Part shown: piece by piece, positions 36,758 through 49,337 of the stretch
Layout of the letters: every line of letters begins with the position of its first letter
Position numbering within the stretch: the stretch's first letter is position 1
NCBI RefSeq assembly: GCF_018350175.1
Contig: NC_058368.1
Coordinates: forward strand, 77,688,001 to 77,752,000
Length of the DNA: 64,000 nt
Reading direction: 5' to 3'
DNA from: Felis catus
Taxonomy: Eukaryota
Program-made: the position numbers and the translations under genes
The notes under the pieces: model-generated
What the model was told of the DNA's origin: nothing
Databases searched by the model: none
The model's input: only the letters and a program-made list of their open reading frames with translations

Positions 36758-37040
36758 CTTTGCACAGACTTCTAAACAGAAGGGTACCACGGGATCCTGA
36801 GAACAGCCTCTCCTACGAGCAGCAGAAGGCGGTCATTGTTTTTGGAATCAGAACTCCACGGACAGGTGAGCAGAGAAAGTCTGCAAAGGATCTGGACTTC
36901 ACAGCCATCGTGATCCACTTCTAGTCTGAAGCTTCTCAGATGGATCACTGTCGCAGAGTATTTGTCGTCAGGGTATTTGCAATGATCGCAGGACTTGGCC
37001 GGTGGAATGTGATGGGATGTCCATTTCCGCTTCTGTGTGC
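36758..37040 (-). pseudogene. Exon remnant: DDKYSATVIHL / KWITMAVKSRSFADFLCSPV
   Basis: Donor AAG|gtcagg; frameshifted; resembles recalled RGS22 N-terminal NYNIMCL..EGIKWIKKERLPAFLESDC; 5' boundary approximate. Confidence 0.5.
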
Positions 37041-37121
37041 ACTCCTTCCCAGGACCCGCCAGCCTCCTAAATTCTAGTTAACGCGCACAACACTTGAAAA
37101 AGATCTTCATTTTCAGCTCAC

Positions 37122-37214
37122 CTTCCAAACGTGTAGCTATGATATCATGTCAGGAAGTCAGGTTTCACGCAATCGTGAAGTATCACGAAGGCTTCACCAG
37201 TCGTGTCTGTGTTC
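37122..37214 (-). pseudogene. Exon remnant: NTDTTGEAFVILHDCVKPDFLT*
   Basis: Strong sites ccgtcctctccgacag| and AAG|gtgagc; resembles recalled RGS22 FNADYGVFEVAND. Confidence 0.55.
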
Positions 37215-37299
37215 CTGTCGGAGAGGACGGCAGTGCCTTTCTCTACCGCCTCACTCAGTGATTGCTAATTAGTAAAAATTAATTAGATACTTTACTGGC

Positions 37300-38440
37300 A
37301 CTTGTGCTAGAGTGCAGCCGGCTCGGCGCTCAGTCCCTCCAGTCCCCCAGCATTCTACGGCTCCAGACATCTGCAGTGACAGCCGCCTCTTGTTCTGTGA
37401 GCTCCGTCCACCAGGGCTGAGCACGAGTGGCCATCGTCACCTCTGAGACAAGGACCCTCCCTTCCTCCGCAGTGAGTGCGGTTCATTTCCTGCATCTCGT
37501 TTCGCTCACATGTTCGACGATGACGTTGTGAACACTTCAGGGACTGAACGGCCCGGGATTCAGTCGCTTCTGCACGCCTTGTACCCAGCAGAGAGACAAC
37601 GAGTTCGGGAGACTTTTCGGGAACCGTTCGCCGAAGGTTCCAATAGAAATATAGACGCACTTTGACACAGCTTCTGGAAACAATTCTCTGGGATGTTGGC
37701 CTAAATTTAACTGAAGTCAAAAACCTTTTATGTGCTCTCAGGTCTTTTCTCGACCCCCGAACACTGGGCTCCGCCTCCCGGGTGGGCTGGCAGGAGCTTT
37801 GCCTATGCTGATGACCTCACCCTGCCTCCCCATCACCTCTTACTGTTCTAACATACTTACATCCTTGAGGAGACATGCCCGGATCCCTGGACCATGACAG
37901 ATTTCCCTGCCTTATGCTCTCATAGGACGTAAACCAGTTACAATTTTCTGTAAATCTGTGAAATCGCTTGTCTATCTCACGTGTATCTCCTCCTCTACAC
38001 CCCTTGCTGCCGAATGCTGCGGGTCCCATGTTTTTACTCCCCACTTTATCTCTAGAAGGGAGCTCGGTGTCACTGTTTACATTCATTGTTTATAAGGCTC
38101 AGATCCCTCTTGGCCCAAATTGTGCACCTGTGGGCTGACCCTCTACTTCGTGGATCGTATGGGAGCCGAGGTCCATGGACAAATGGGCCTTTCCTCCAGG
38201 TCTTGATCTGAATGTGCCAGTTAGCTAGAGGCCTTTTGTAACTGGAAACACGAGTTTGTCAGTACGAGACCAGTTGCCCTCCATCGATCCCCATGCTTCC
38301 GAGAGCAGAGGGCAGGCTCCAGGGAGAGAAAGCCCCCTGTAACCTGGGGCGGCAGGGGGCGGGGGACGGGGCAGGGGAACTGCACAAAGGTGGAAATGTG
38401 GGTGGGGGCACCTAGCTCAGAAAGTGCCCACGGGGAACCT
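37300..38440 (-). promoter_or_regulatory. CpG-enriched region with GC boxes; probable (ancestral) promoter and first exon
   Basis: Visibly elevated CpG; GGGGCGG motifs at ~38345-38380; minus-strand donor AGG|gtgagg after 37821; lies at the 5' end of the exon chain. Confidence 0.5.
37585..37700 (-). pseudogene. 5'-most recognisable exon remnant: PRELFPEAVSKCVYISIGTFGERFPKSLPNSLSLCW
   Basis: aaatttag| ... TGG|gtacaa (alternative donor gtgagc, exon end 37510); resembles recalled RGS22 EEEFEDSLATDDFLVDYFNEFLSLP. Confidence 0.45.
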
Positions 38441-39916
38441 TCCTTGTCCTTGTTGACCTTCTCATGTCCTCTTTCCAATTTGAAGTTTCCTAGGGAGGAA
38501 TCAGGAAAATGAGCATAGTATTTCCTTCCTCCCTCTCATTGCCTCTGGCTCATGAAATATTTCAACTCAGTGTCTTAGGATACTCAAGGGGTCAGTTTTT
38601 TGTTTTGTTTTGTTTTGGTTTGGTTTTGGTTTTGGTTTTGTTTTTTTATCATGTGTTCTTAGAGGTAGTTAATTTTTTTGGGAAATATTACAACTCTGTG
38701 AAAAGTAAACTTGACACTAAGGGCCTAAATATAAAGATATATTTAAATATATAAATAACATATTTATATAATATTTTATATATAATACAATAAATAATAT
38801 CTTTATATTTATAGTATCTTTGTGGATATATATACTATATATATGGATACATATCCATAAAGATAGTAAATCTAAATTTAAAAAAGACTCATAGTAATGT
38901 ACAAGGAGACAGACCTGACTATATATACGTATATAAAGTAGAAAGTGATATGAATGAAGAACATAAAGTTGCCCAGGGTGGTTAAGTCTGTCTGGTTCCT
39001 GGCGTTCCCCAAGTCTGCCCAGGGTGACTATTCTCAGCATTACTTGATTCGTTTGAGATCATCTGTGGGTAAAGAGTATTATCTACTTCCTCCTCTCATA
39101 CAAGCACCCCAATGGCCTTATGGCAGGTAAAAAAAATGGCTATTTTCAAATGCAGAGGGTTGCCTTTCTGGGTGGACAATACTAATAATGGAAAACTGAT
39201 GAGGTAACCAGGAGCAGACGAACCACTAGTAATTTTCACACACGGTGCCATCCAGTCAAGACTTCGGAAACGAGTTTCTGAGTATTTGGATATGCCTTAT
39301 TCTTTTGGACAGTGAATTTATTGTTGATAAGCTGCTTCAAAATGAACGGGCAGTCTTTGTGAAAGAAAAAAAAAAACCCAGGGATTTATGACTGACAGTA
39401 TGAAACTTTTCAATCCTCGCTGATTGAACACACATTTATGCCATGCGGCGGATCTGTGGTGTTGGAAATGTATATCCATCTGCTGGTAAATTCTGTGCAA
39501 CATTTTATTATTTTGCACAAGCTGTCACATTTTAAAGAAAAGGGCACCATTATTTATATGAGCATCACTCTCTTGGGGTTTACTCCTCAGGTTTCTTATG
39601 CGGGAACTCATTGCAGCCTTTCAAAATGGTAAATGGTAATATAATGTACTTGAGAGACTAATAAAAGTGTTGGTCAATTCAACTCATCTCCTACATACTC
39701 TTCAAAGAAACCTTGCAGGGCTGCCTAGACCCCTCAGTTTCCAGGAATAAGGACACCCATGTGCCTACCCCGATTTACTGTTTCACCTCAAGAAAATTAA
39801 GCCATGCATCTTGAGCAGTGGAATATGGTCATACTCAATGTCGAAGGCAGCACAGAGACATAATAGTGAATGCCTTAGGAGTCTAACAAGACAGAGGACT
39901 ATGCTGATGTCTGTTT

Positions 39917-40146
39917 TATTTTTTTTTTTAATTTTTTTTTCAACGTTTTTTATTTATTTTTGGGACAGAGAGAGACAGAGCATGAACGGGGGAGGGGCAG
40001 AGAGAGAGGGAGACACAGAATCGGAAACAGGCTCCAGGCTCCGAGCCATCAGCCCAAAGCCTGACGCGGGGCTCGAACTCACGGAGCGCGAGATCGTGAC
40101 CTGGCTGAAGTCGGACGCTTAACCGACTGCACCACCCAGGCGCCCC
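39917..40146 (-). mobile_element. Young feline SINE (SINEC_Fc type)
   Basis: TSD tgctgatgtctgtttta. Confidence 0.97.
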
Positions 40147-40827
40147 TGCTGATGTCTGTTTTAAAAGGAAAGGAAAAAAGAAATCGTGGCAGAGACAACG
40201 TTCTGATTCGCTCTGCAGCAAAGGGTAACACCTGATCGCACTGGAACCAGCTGATGGGACATTTTGTGCAGTGCAGGTGGCAAGCTAGGACATGGGACTT
40301 AGAGTCCTGACAAAGCCTTGAACGACTCCTGTAGGGTCACACATGAATGTTTTTGTCAGTTCTAAGGGGTAACAGACATGGCACTAGGTGACTGAAAGCA
40401 GGTCTGAGACAGAAAGGAAAAAGTGAATGATACTGCAAAAACACAAGGTTTCCAGAAGAGTCTAGAATCCACACTTGTAGTTGAATGGATAGCTTTGGAA
40501 GGTCCAGGGTGCTTTGCAGAAAGAGCAAAGAGGAGTGGAGGGCCAGCCACCTGGGCTGTGCCCACCGGAAGGGCATCCTCGATCCACGTCCCAAAGCTGC
40601 TATGTGAGTTAGGGCGGCCCTATCCTTCTATTCTTGCAAAGACTAAATTAAAGATGCATTAGGAGAAGGCAGAAATGATAACTGGAATATGAAAGCCATC
40701 AAGATAACCACATCAGAAATGCTGCTAATACATCTAGCCTGGCTCTCATTTATCTTGCATGTAATTTCAGGTTAATGGATACACGCTCTCCTTCACCCCT
40801 GCCCCCCTGCTGGACATACATGATCTC

Positions 40828-41182
40828 TTTAATTTTTAAAAAATATTTGTTATTATTTCTGAGAGAGAGAGAGAGAGAGCACAAGTAGGGGAGGGGCAGA
40901 GAGAGAGGGAGACAGAATCCTCAGGCTCAGAGAGTTGGGGAGCACATTTAACTCCCTCTTAGAAATTGTAGAAAGGGGGGTGCTTGGGTGGCTCGGTCGG
41001 TTAAGTGGCTGACTTCAGCTCAGGTCCGTGGGTTCGAGTTCCACATGGAGCTCTGTGCTGACAGCTCAGAGCCTGGAGCCCTCTTCGGATTCTGTGTCTC
41101 CCTCTCTCTCTCCCCCTCCCCCACTCACACTCTGTCTCTCTCTCAAAAATAAGTAAACATTAAAAAAATTAAAAAAAAAAAA
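40828..41182. mobile_element. Truncated minus SINE (~40828-40925) plus full plus SINE (~40975-41182)
   Basis: Reverse tail/(GA)n only; then a complete + element. Confidence 0.9.
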
Positions 41183-43487
41183 GAAATCATAGAAAGGAAA
41201 AACAGAGGAAAAAAACTGAAGATAACAGATAAAACGAGCCAAAGTGAAGAAACGATAAGATCAATAGTTTTAAATGATAAAATAATTGAAATTACAGTAT
41301 GTAATACATAATCATTTTATAAGTATATGATTACCATTGTTATCATACTGATAAATGATGTCCGGGCCTGGGGACCCTTCAAGGCACTCTTCCTGGCTCC
41401 CAATATATTTTGGCCTCATTTCTCCAGGCCCGTTTTAATGTACCCTGACTCAGAGGATTGATGGCACCAGAAATAGTACTAGATTGATGGTCTAAAAACT
41501 GAAATATCTACTGTTGCCTCCATAGGTCTTCTTGTGCTCTCCTCTGCACCACTGCCTCCTTAAATTTCTCCTTCTGTAAAACCTCACTCTGCAGCTCACC
41601 TCCTCACAGAAACATCCACCGCCTTCCCCAGCGGCTGCCTCCAACACCCCGCCCAGAATTCCAGCCCACAGTCCCACAGTGCGTTCATACCTGGCTGTCT
41701 ATTTGTCTCTCTCCTACCTTTCTATCAGTTCCTGCCGTCCTCTAGGAGGATGTTTCCCTAGGTACCAAAAAAATGAAGCACGATGACAACGATGAACTCA
41801 GAAGGTTCTGCTACCGGATGCACTTTGGGCATCGGCAACAATGGATATTTTGTGGTTATTTAGATTCAAGACCGGTTCAGTCAAAATGCCAGAGAAAATC
41901 AAGTACACAATTTCATTTTCTTTGAGGCTAAAACATCTGCCACCGAGAGAGACAGCTGTTGAAATGACTTCCCCGTGATATTAATGTGGGGAATAATTAT
42001 GAAAAATGGGGCAGTCTGTTATTAAGAACAAGTATGGCTGAATTAGAATTTATTGCTGGAATTTTAATAGAGGATCATCCCCCATCTTGTAATCTTTAGA
42101 ACTGTTTGAAGTGCTTTCATGAGCAAGCAGTATTTTGTTTATGGTTTTATCCTCTCGTGATAGCCCTGATAGGGAGGAAATTATATTATCACTTCCATTT
42201 TTATGTATGAGGAAAATAGCATTCACAGTGGTGAAAAGATTTCTCTGTGCCTAGGCTCAGTACTGTCACACGAACTAAAACTGGTGATGAATGGGACAGC
42301 CAAGTCATTACCTGGGGACATTTGCACCCAGAAAATGACCCCAGAAAGAAATGATACGAAGGAATATTTATATGAAGGCTTTTATTTACATTGTGTAGAA
42401 TCGTAGAAGTAGGCAGGTCAGGCTCCCTAGTCGGCCACCATGTTGTAGTATTTGATTTGGAGTCTCAAAGGGAGAGCGCAGAAGGAGCTGGTACATTTAT
42501 TCCACCTGAACAAATACTGGCTGCAGTGAAGTGCAGAGCGAAGAATGGTGACAAGTAAAGAAATATATTCCGCAGGGTTTGGGGCGGGGGGGGGGGAGCA
42601 GACAAAAACAAGACCCAATTTCAGAGGAAGCTATGGACTAGGCAGAAGATGTACTGGTTGGTTTCATCTGCTTTTAACTATTTTGCTTGTTTATAAATAG
42701 GTCTAATGATTCGTTCTGAAAATGGATGTGATTTAAGATCAGTATTTGTAAATACTGATAAAAAGAGGTGGATGTGTCCCAGAGGGCAACTCTGTGGGTA
42801 GGGCAACTAACACCCACAGGCAGGTGGACAGAAGGGTTGGGGGGGTGGCGGTTACTAGTCACTCAACTCAAATAGAAATGGCTGGATGTAGAAAGACACC
42901 CGTTGACTCTCTTGGAAAAGGGAAGCAAGGAGCAGGATGAAAGAACACACCCAGAATTTCAACTCAGCACAGAGGTTTAACTGCTGCCTAGACACCAGCC
43001 TCTGTTTGCACTGTGCCTACTTCCTCCATTGCTATTGCCACCCTGGTCCTTCTTTCAGTTCCTCAAAATCAATATACTGCTTTCCACCTCAGGGCCTTTG
43101 CGTGTGCTGTTCTGACCTAAACTGCAGCCTCTGGCCCAAAGGACTCATCTTTCTTCAGATATCAGCTCAGTGGCCTTCTTCCCAGATAAGACCAAGTCAA
43201 TTACCCTTTACCACCCATGCACAGAACCACGTGCTTTCCTCCGTAACACTTACTACAGCTGAAATTTTAAATGCTCTGCATGTAGCTCTTTGAATTATAT
43301 TTTCTTCCCCATAGTGGACTGTAAGCTTTATGAGGACAAAATCCAAATCCCTGACTGGTGTAGTGGCTGGAGTTTGCTCTAACCTTCTAATTGAGATGAC
43401 TTTAAACAGCATCATCCCTATTCCTAAAGCTAAGTGCTCTTTTCCTGGAGATTCTATATTCCCTTCTTTATGCTAAAATTTCCTTCT

Positions 43488-43598
43488 AAAGAAGGAGGAG
43501 GAGGAGGAGGAGGAGGAGGAGGAGGAGGAGGAGGAGAAGAAGAAGAAGAAGAAGAAGAAGAAGAAGAAGAAGAAGAAGAAGAAGAAGAAGAAGAAAAG
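43488..43598. repeat. (GAG)n(GAA)n compound triplet repeat
   Basis: About 110 nt of uninterrupted purines. Confidence 0.97.
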
Positions 43599-44597
43599 CC
43601 TTGAATGCACTAAGGTAGCTCCCTTAGAAGGGAAGGAACCACAGGCAACATTTGCAGGTGGGGAGATGTGTCTACCATACTCCCAGATTCCCCTTCTGGA
43701 GTTACAAATGATCGGCTCAATCTATCCCATAAACCGGTCCCCTTAAAGAGCTCTTGTTAGCTCATGCTTCTCTGAAAAACTCATTCATAATAAGAGTAAA
43801 CAATTAGTTTATCTTTATCTTTCACATCCCTCTGTCATATTTGCAGCCTAGCATCGAGCAAAGACTTAAGCTAAAAGAATGTTTATTTGTGGGCTTATAA
43901 ACCAGGAGTATCCCTTCCCACCCCAAGCAATCAAGATGCACACGTTAACAGGCTGACCAAGCATTCTGCTCTGCCTGGGGAGTCCCGTATCCCAGGAAAT
44001 ACCTCCCGAGAAGAACAGACCTCCAAGGTCAGTCCGGAACATAGGGGCTGAGAACATCACTGCTTTCTGTGGTGTAGATGACCGGTCTTCTGCAGTCACC
44101 CACGCTGGGTTAGGGAAAACCATGAGCTGGCTCCTGGTGGGGAGTGGGGATCATCCATTGCTGTACCACTCTGAGTGGTCTACTATCATTTCTCAGCACT
44201 AGTTTAATTCTTTAAGGGAAGGGGTATTGTGGCCGTGTTTCCTAAGAGTTCATGTGGGGACACAATGACTTCACCAACCCGGCATGACCAGACATCACTG
44301 AAAAACAAGGCAAAATGAAGGTACGCTTTTCGGGAAAGACGGAAGGACACACATGCCCAGATCAGGCAGGTAAACAACCGGAAGAGAGTGTGTGAAAAAC
44401 CATGTGAAGAAGAATTTGGGTTTGGACGTGGTGGAGAAGGGGATGTGAAAGTGCATATGGAGACTGACTCTCCCCATCAGCGTAAGTTTCCAAATCAATT
44501 AAAATATCTCATCTCCCCCAAAGACACGGATATGCAATTAAACACAGCAGCCACTGCACAAACGAACACACATTACCATAGCATTCAAACACACTTT

Positions 44598-44810
44598 GGG
44601 GCACCTGGATGGTTCAGTTGGTTGAGCATCTGGCTCCTGATTTCAGCTCAGGTCGTGATCTCACAGTTCGTAGGTTCAAGCCCCGAGTCGGGCTCTGCAC
44701 TCATAGTGCGTGGAGCTTGCTTCGGATTCTCTCTCATTCCCTCTCCCTTCTCCCTGTCCCTCCCCTCTCTCTCTCTTTCTCAAGATAAATACATGAACTT
44801 AAAAAAAAAC
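44598..44810 (+). mobile_element. Can-SINE
   Basis: ggggcacctggatggttcag head. Confidence 0.9.
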
Positions 44811-45446
44811 CCACACGTACACTTCATCATCTCATTCTCTTGATGGGCTCAATGAAGCCAACTGAAGTCACGTTTCCTGATTCACGTTTCCTGATTCAGA
44901 GGCTGCATGCAAAGTGTTCCATGAGTTAACAAAGGAACGAATTTTGGTGAAGGATACAATGACCCTTACAGTGTAGAGATGATTTTGCCTACTAACAACC
45001 ATGCTTTCTGTAACGTGTCAAATGATGAGTCCACTGCCAGCAATATAAATGTCAAACATGGCCTTTCTAGCTCTTGGGAACTTTGGATCTGAAAAATGGA
45101 GTAAGATGTCATCTCGATTTCTATGAAGACTGTAATGAAAGTAAAGAAAATATGAAACAAAAATTGTCTACCATTGATGTCTTGTCCAAATGCAAACTAA
45201 GCTTTGCTCACCTACCTGCATGCGTGACAGAAAGCACCAACATAAATTTTGGCAAGTTCCATTCAGACTATAAACTGTCTACTCACTCCCACCCCAAACT
45301 TACCTTCCAAATGTCCCGGTGACCTTGTATACAACATTGCTAAGTGGGGTGTGACTGGCTACCCTGGGACATGGAGGCTTTCACTTTGGAAGTTCTGGTC
45401 ACGGTTTGCCTGTCTCAAAATATGCACAAGCATTTAATGTGATGTT

Positions 45447-45485
<39 letters not shown>

Positions 45486-45488
45486 TTT
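45447..45488. repeat. (TTTA)n microsatellite
   Basis: Direct. Confidence 0.95.
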
Positions 45489-46069
45489 TGAATTCACAGT
45501 TAGAGAAGGAGAGCACAGCCATAGACCAGATGGCTATTACTGTTGTCATCCATAGACGATGTTACAGTGCTAACCTGTGTAAGATTATACTTTCAAAGTT
45601 TGGAAAAGAAGGATGCCCTTCGGTAATCTTGAAGTTCACTGAGGATAAGAAGAGAGAACAGGATGGCAGTTAGACAGAAATGTATCCAGTATTCCTCCAA
45701 AACTGGCTGATGACTTTTGAAGAGGCCGGAAGGAGATTGGGGAGGAACAGACTGACCACACCGGAGTTGTGCAGAGTTCTGTATAGGCCATGACAAAGCT
45801 CAACAAGACTCCTTAAGAACTAAAATAAAAATAAAAATTAAAAAGTTACTGAGAAAGGGACAACAAATTAAATAGTCCTTTCTCAATTTCTCTGCTAAAA
45901 TTGTTACTCATTTGGAAACCAGTGTTGAGTTCACACGTTCAAATTATGTTTGTGCTTTGAAAGCATGTTTCCTGAGAAAGGTCTGTTTAATGTATCATGG
46001 CAACCAGTGTGCTTTAGAGCGTTTGAAAATGTCAGATGTTGCAGGCACATAGAGCTGGTATGATGAATT

Positions 46070-46094
46070 AAAACAAAATTAATGTTTATTTATT

Positions 46095-46135
<41 letters not shown>

Positions 46136-46306
46136 GAGCATGAGTGGAGGAGGGACAGAGAAAGAAGGAGATATGGAATCCTAAGTAGGCTCCAGGCTCT
46201 GAGCTGTCAGCACAGAGCCTGATGTGGGGCTCGAACTCACGAACTGTGAGATCATGACCTGAGCCGAAGTCAGACCCTTAACCGGCTGAGCCACCCAGGC
46301 GCCCCT
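46070..46306 (-). mobile_element. Can-SINE
   Basis: TSD tggtatgatgaatt. Confidence 0.95.
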
Positions 46307-48614
46307 GGTATGATGAATTTTTAGATGCAGAGGACCTAACTGATAAACAGCGGGACTCCCAAAGGACAAGCCCGTAAGTACAAAGAGGAGGGACGATTTG
46401 CGGAAGCTGGAGATTCATTCCTGTAAGTCCAAAGTCTGCTGTTGCTGGTAAGTAAACTCTTGTTTCTCATGCTCTGAAGCCTTTGTTGAGGGGAAGTGAA
46501 GTTAGCCTGATGTCATCACACCGGAGTGACATCAGGAATCAAGTCTCATGTGGCTCTGCTAAGAGCTACAACTCAAAGTGAAGTTGACGTTTGACTGTAC
46601 TCAATTTTACTGCCATACACAAGAAGACAGGGCTCCAGACATTCCAGAGAAATATTAATGCTCACGACATGGAGGGGAAAAATGCCCTACTGTACCACAG
46701 AGCAGAAAGCAACAGTCAGTATTGTTTTTTATTAGATTTAAGTAATATCTGGTTAATTAGTCCTATTTTTACATGTTTCCTTTCTAAAATTATCACATTG
46801 ATGCATGTTAGGAATACACAGTAATAAAGTCTATAAATTTTCAGCATCCAGTAGAGAGTTTAACGAAAGTTAAAATAAACTGCCATACCCAAGAACAAAT
46901 ATTAATGTTATAAAGATATTGTTATATTTTTATTATACATATGTGACTAATCAGTCCCAATTAATCACTATTAATTGACACTGGTAACCCACCCTATTAC
47001 TTAAATAGCATTTATACAATAGAAACGTAAATAACATAGAATGTCACTTCCAATAAACACCAACGTTTCACAATTTTGTTAAAGCAAGAACACACAGGCA
47101 CATCATTATTGATTACATATAATGCTGCCGTGTTTCTGTTTTATCTCGTGTAGAGGTATCCAGAGTTTTCTCCCTAGAAAGGTGGTCATTCTGATCACCA
47201 AGGTTATGTCAGGAAAGTCACTCCCTCCTCGTGATGTCCCCTTCCCTTCAGTTGTATCTTTCCAGATGATTTCAGATCCACATCCAATGCTACTCCATCA
47301 GTGAAGGCTTTTATAATCAAAGCAATAAAAATTAATAACCCTCAGCATCTCCACAGCACTTTGGATATAATTTTCCTATAATTTGATTGGTAGGATAGGT
47401 ATTTGTGGGCACACAAATTGTCCTCATCAAATACAGAAGACGGTCCAGAGGAGGAGTTAGGCCTCAAGTATCGTCACATGTCCCAGCCCCTCTAGCAGGT
47501 GGAGGTCTTTAATCGAGGAGGACTGAGTTTGTCTTGGTTGCATCTGATGATTAAATGAAACAAAACAACTGAACTTCGAATCAGCAGATATACTTACCTG
47601 CATGCAGGTAAAGCTAGAGGTTGTAAACCTTACCTGTTCCCTGTTGATCAGTCTTTGCCCTTGTAAGATTAGAGTACTGTTTTATAAAACAGAACCATGT
47701 GGTTGGACTGCCCCCTCTACGTTCTGATGCTATCCCAAAGAAAGAAGACGAAGCCGATCAGATTTGGTCTCCTATGTTATTAATTTAACATCATGATAGA
47801 TGGGATACTGATGATCCAAATAAAGACATATCACACAAAACAAACCCTGTACACAGAATCTATGTGTAAAGAAGCAAAGAAGCAGCAAAAGCAAAGAAGA
47901 AGCAAAGAAGAATGAAAACGCTGTATTTGGTGATGGGCTTATTCCTGCATCAAAACGCTGGGAAAGTATTCACCACATGGCAAAGAAGTCACGCAGATAA
48001 AATGTGTCAGATGGTGGAAAGCCCAAGAAAAGACCCCTGTTGTTGGATGCATGACAGAATAAGTACAGGGGATGCATTCAAGGGCTAGGGAAAGAATCCT
48101 GGGAGAATAGGAACATAGGCTTCTGAAAGTCAATTGAATTCGGGCAGTGATTTCAGAGGATGAGCAAGTTTTGCGCACAAAGAGATATGGGAAGATGATG
48201 ACGGATGATGAAATGGTAAGATTTATCACTACCATCTCAAGGAGAGGAAAATGTGGAGAAGGAGACACTAGAACAGTGTGGAACTGAAAAGTAATTGCTG
48301 ACGAGGGGACGCCTTGGAGATGAGACCACCTCGGTTCTGAGGGGAAGGACAGGATAGGGGATGTACAGATTCTGAGAGAAGTCAACAGGAGTTTGATTTG
48401 GGCTCATGTTACTGTCATTATTTTAGCAACGAGTCCAAGTTTCTTCAACAGGAGAAATAAAAACGGCAATCCTGACAATTGGTTTACAGTAAGAGGCTGG
48501 AAAGGATTCTTTCAGGTGAAAAAAAAATATTTGGTAGGACAGTTAGAAGCAGTTTTCACGCAGAACAATTTACCAAGAATGGACATATATAGGAAGAGTT
48601 GTAGTAAATGAATG

Positions 48615-48804
48615 TTTTAATGTTTATTTTACTTCCAAGAGAGAGGGAGAAGCAACATGAGCAGGGGAGGGGCAGAGAGAGAGGAAGACACAGAATCGGA
48701 AGCAGGCTCCAGCTCCAAGCTGTCAGCCCAGAGCCGGACGAACCGTGAGATCATGACTTGAGCTGAAGTCAGATGCTTAACCAACTGAGCCACCCAGGCG
48801 CCCC
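48615..48804 (-). mobile_element. Can-SINE
   Basis: TSD taaatgaatgttttaa. Confidence 0.95.
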
Positions 48805-49139
48805 ATAAATGAATGTTTTAAATGTTATTATAGAACCCTAGTACTCACAAACTTAGAATTAAATTGCTGTCTTATAACCAAAGGGCATATACAATGAGGT
48901 CTTTTTTAAGTCACTGTGTTTCAGAAGCAGTGGAAATTCTACTTTTTGGTTGGAATTCTAAGTTACGTGCCTCCTGATAACTTTGATTAAGTCATTATTT
49001 CACACTATTTTAATAATGTGTGATTTTTATGGTATCATTCTGAAAACTGAGAACACTGTAAAAAAGACTGATATTTAGAGACAAAAGGAAAAACATAATC
49101 ATGTATATTTCCTTATGCCTTGGTTTGTCTTTCCTGCTA

Positions 49140-49337
49140 TTTTTTTTTTTAAGTTTTAGAGAGACACACAGAGAGAGTGAGAGCAGGGGAGAGGGGCAAA
49201 GGGAGAGAGAGAATCTTAAGCAGGATCCACACTCAGCACAGAGTCTGACACGGGGCTTGATCCCACCATCCTGTTATCATGACCTGAGTCGAAATCAAGA
49301 GTCGGACACTCAACCAACTGAGCCACCCAGGTGCCCC
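49140..49337 (-). mobile_element. Can-SINE
   Basis: TSD tcctgctat. Confidence 0.9.

Larger units (their letters stand above)
1..37700 (-). pseudogene. Multi-exon (unprocessed) pseudogene of an RGS22/RGSL1-like multi-RGS-domain gene; 3' end runs off the window
   Basis: Seen: ~25 same-strand segments bounded by AG acceptors and GT donors, several 67-166 nt introns, many phase-compatible joins, in-frame stops and frameshifts. Inferred: collinear weak resemblance to recalled RGS22/RGSL1 (e.g. LSKRFWGDIL*AKSFFSEVLNNKL vs RGS22 VSKRTEYWDNV..FKFSDLLNNKL). Too divergent to be RGS22 or RGSL1 itself. Confidence 0.7.

Noticed and set aside
47590..47600. U1 snRNA 5' end (atacttacctg)
   Set aside because: Similarity ends after 11 nt; it is just the complement of a consensus donor.
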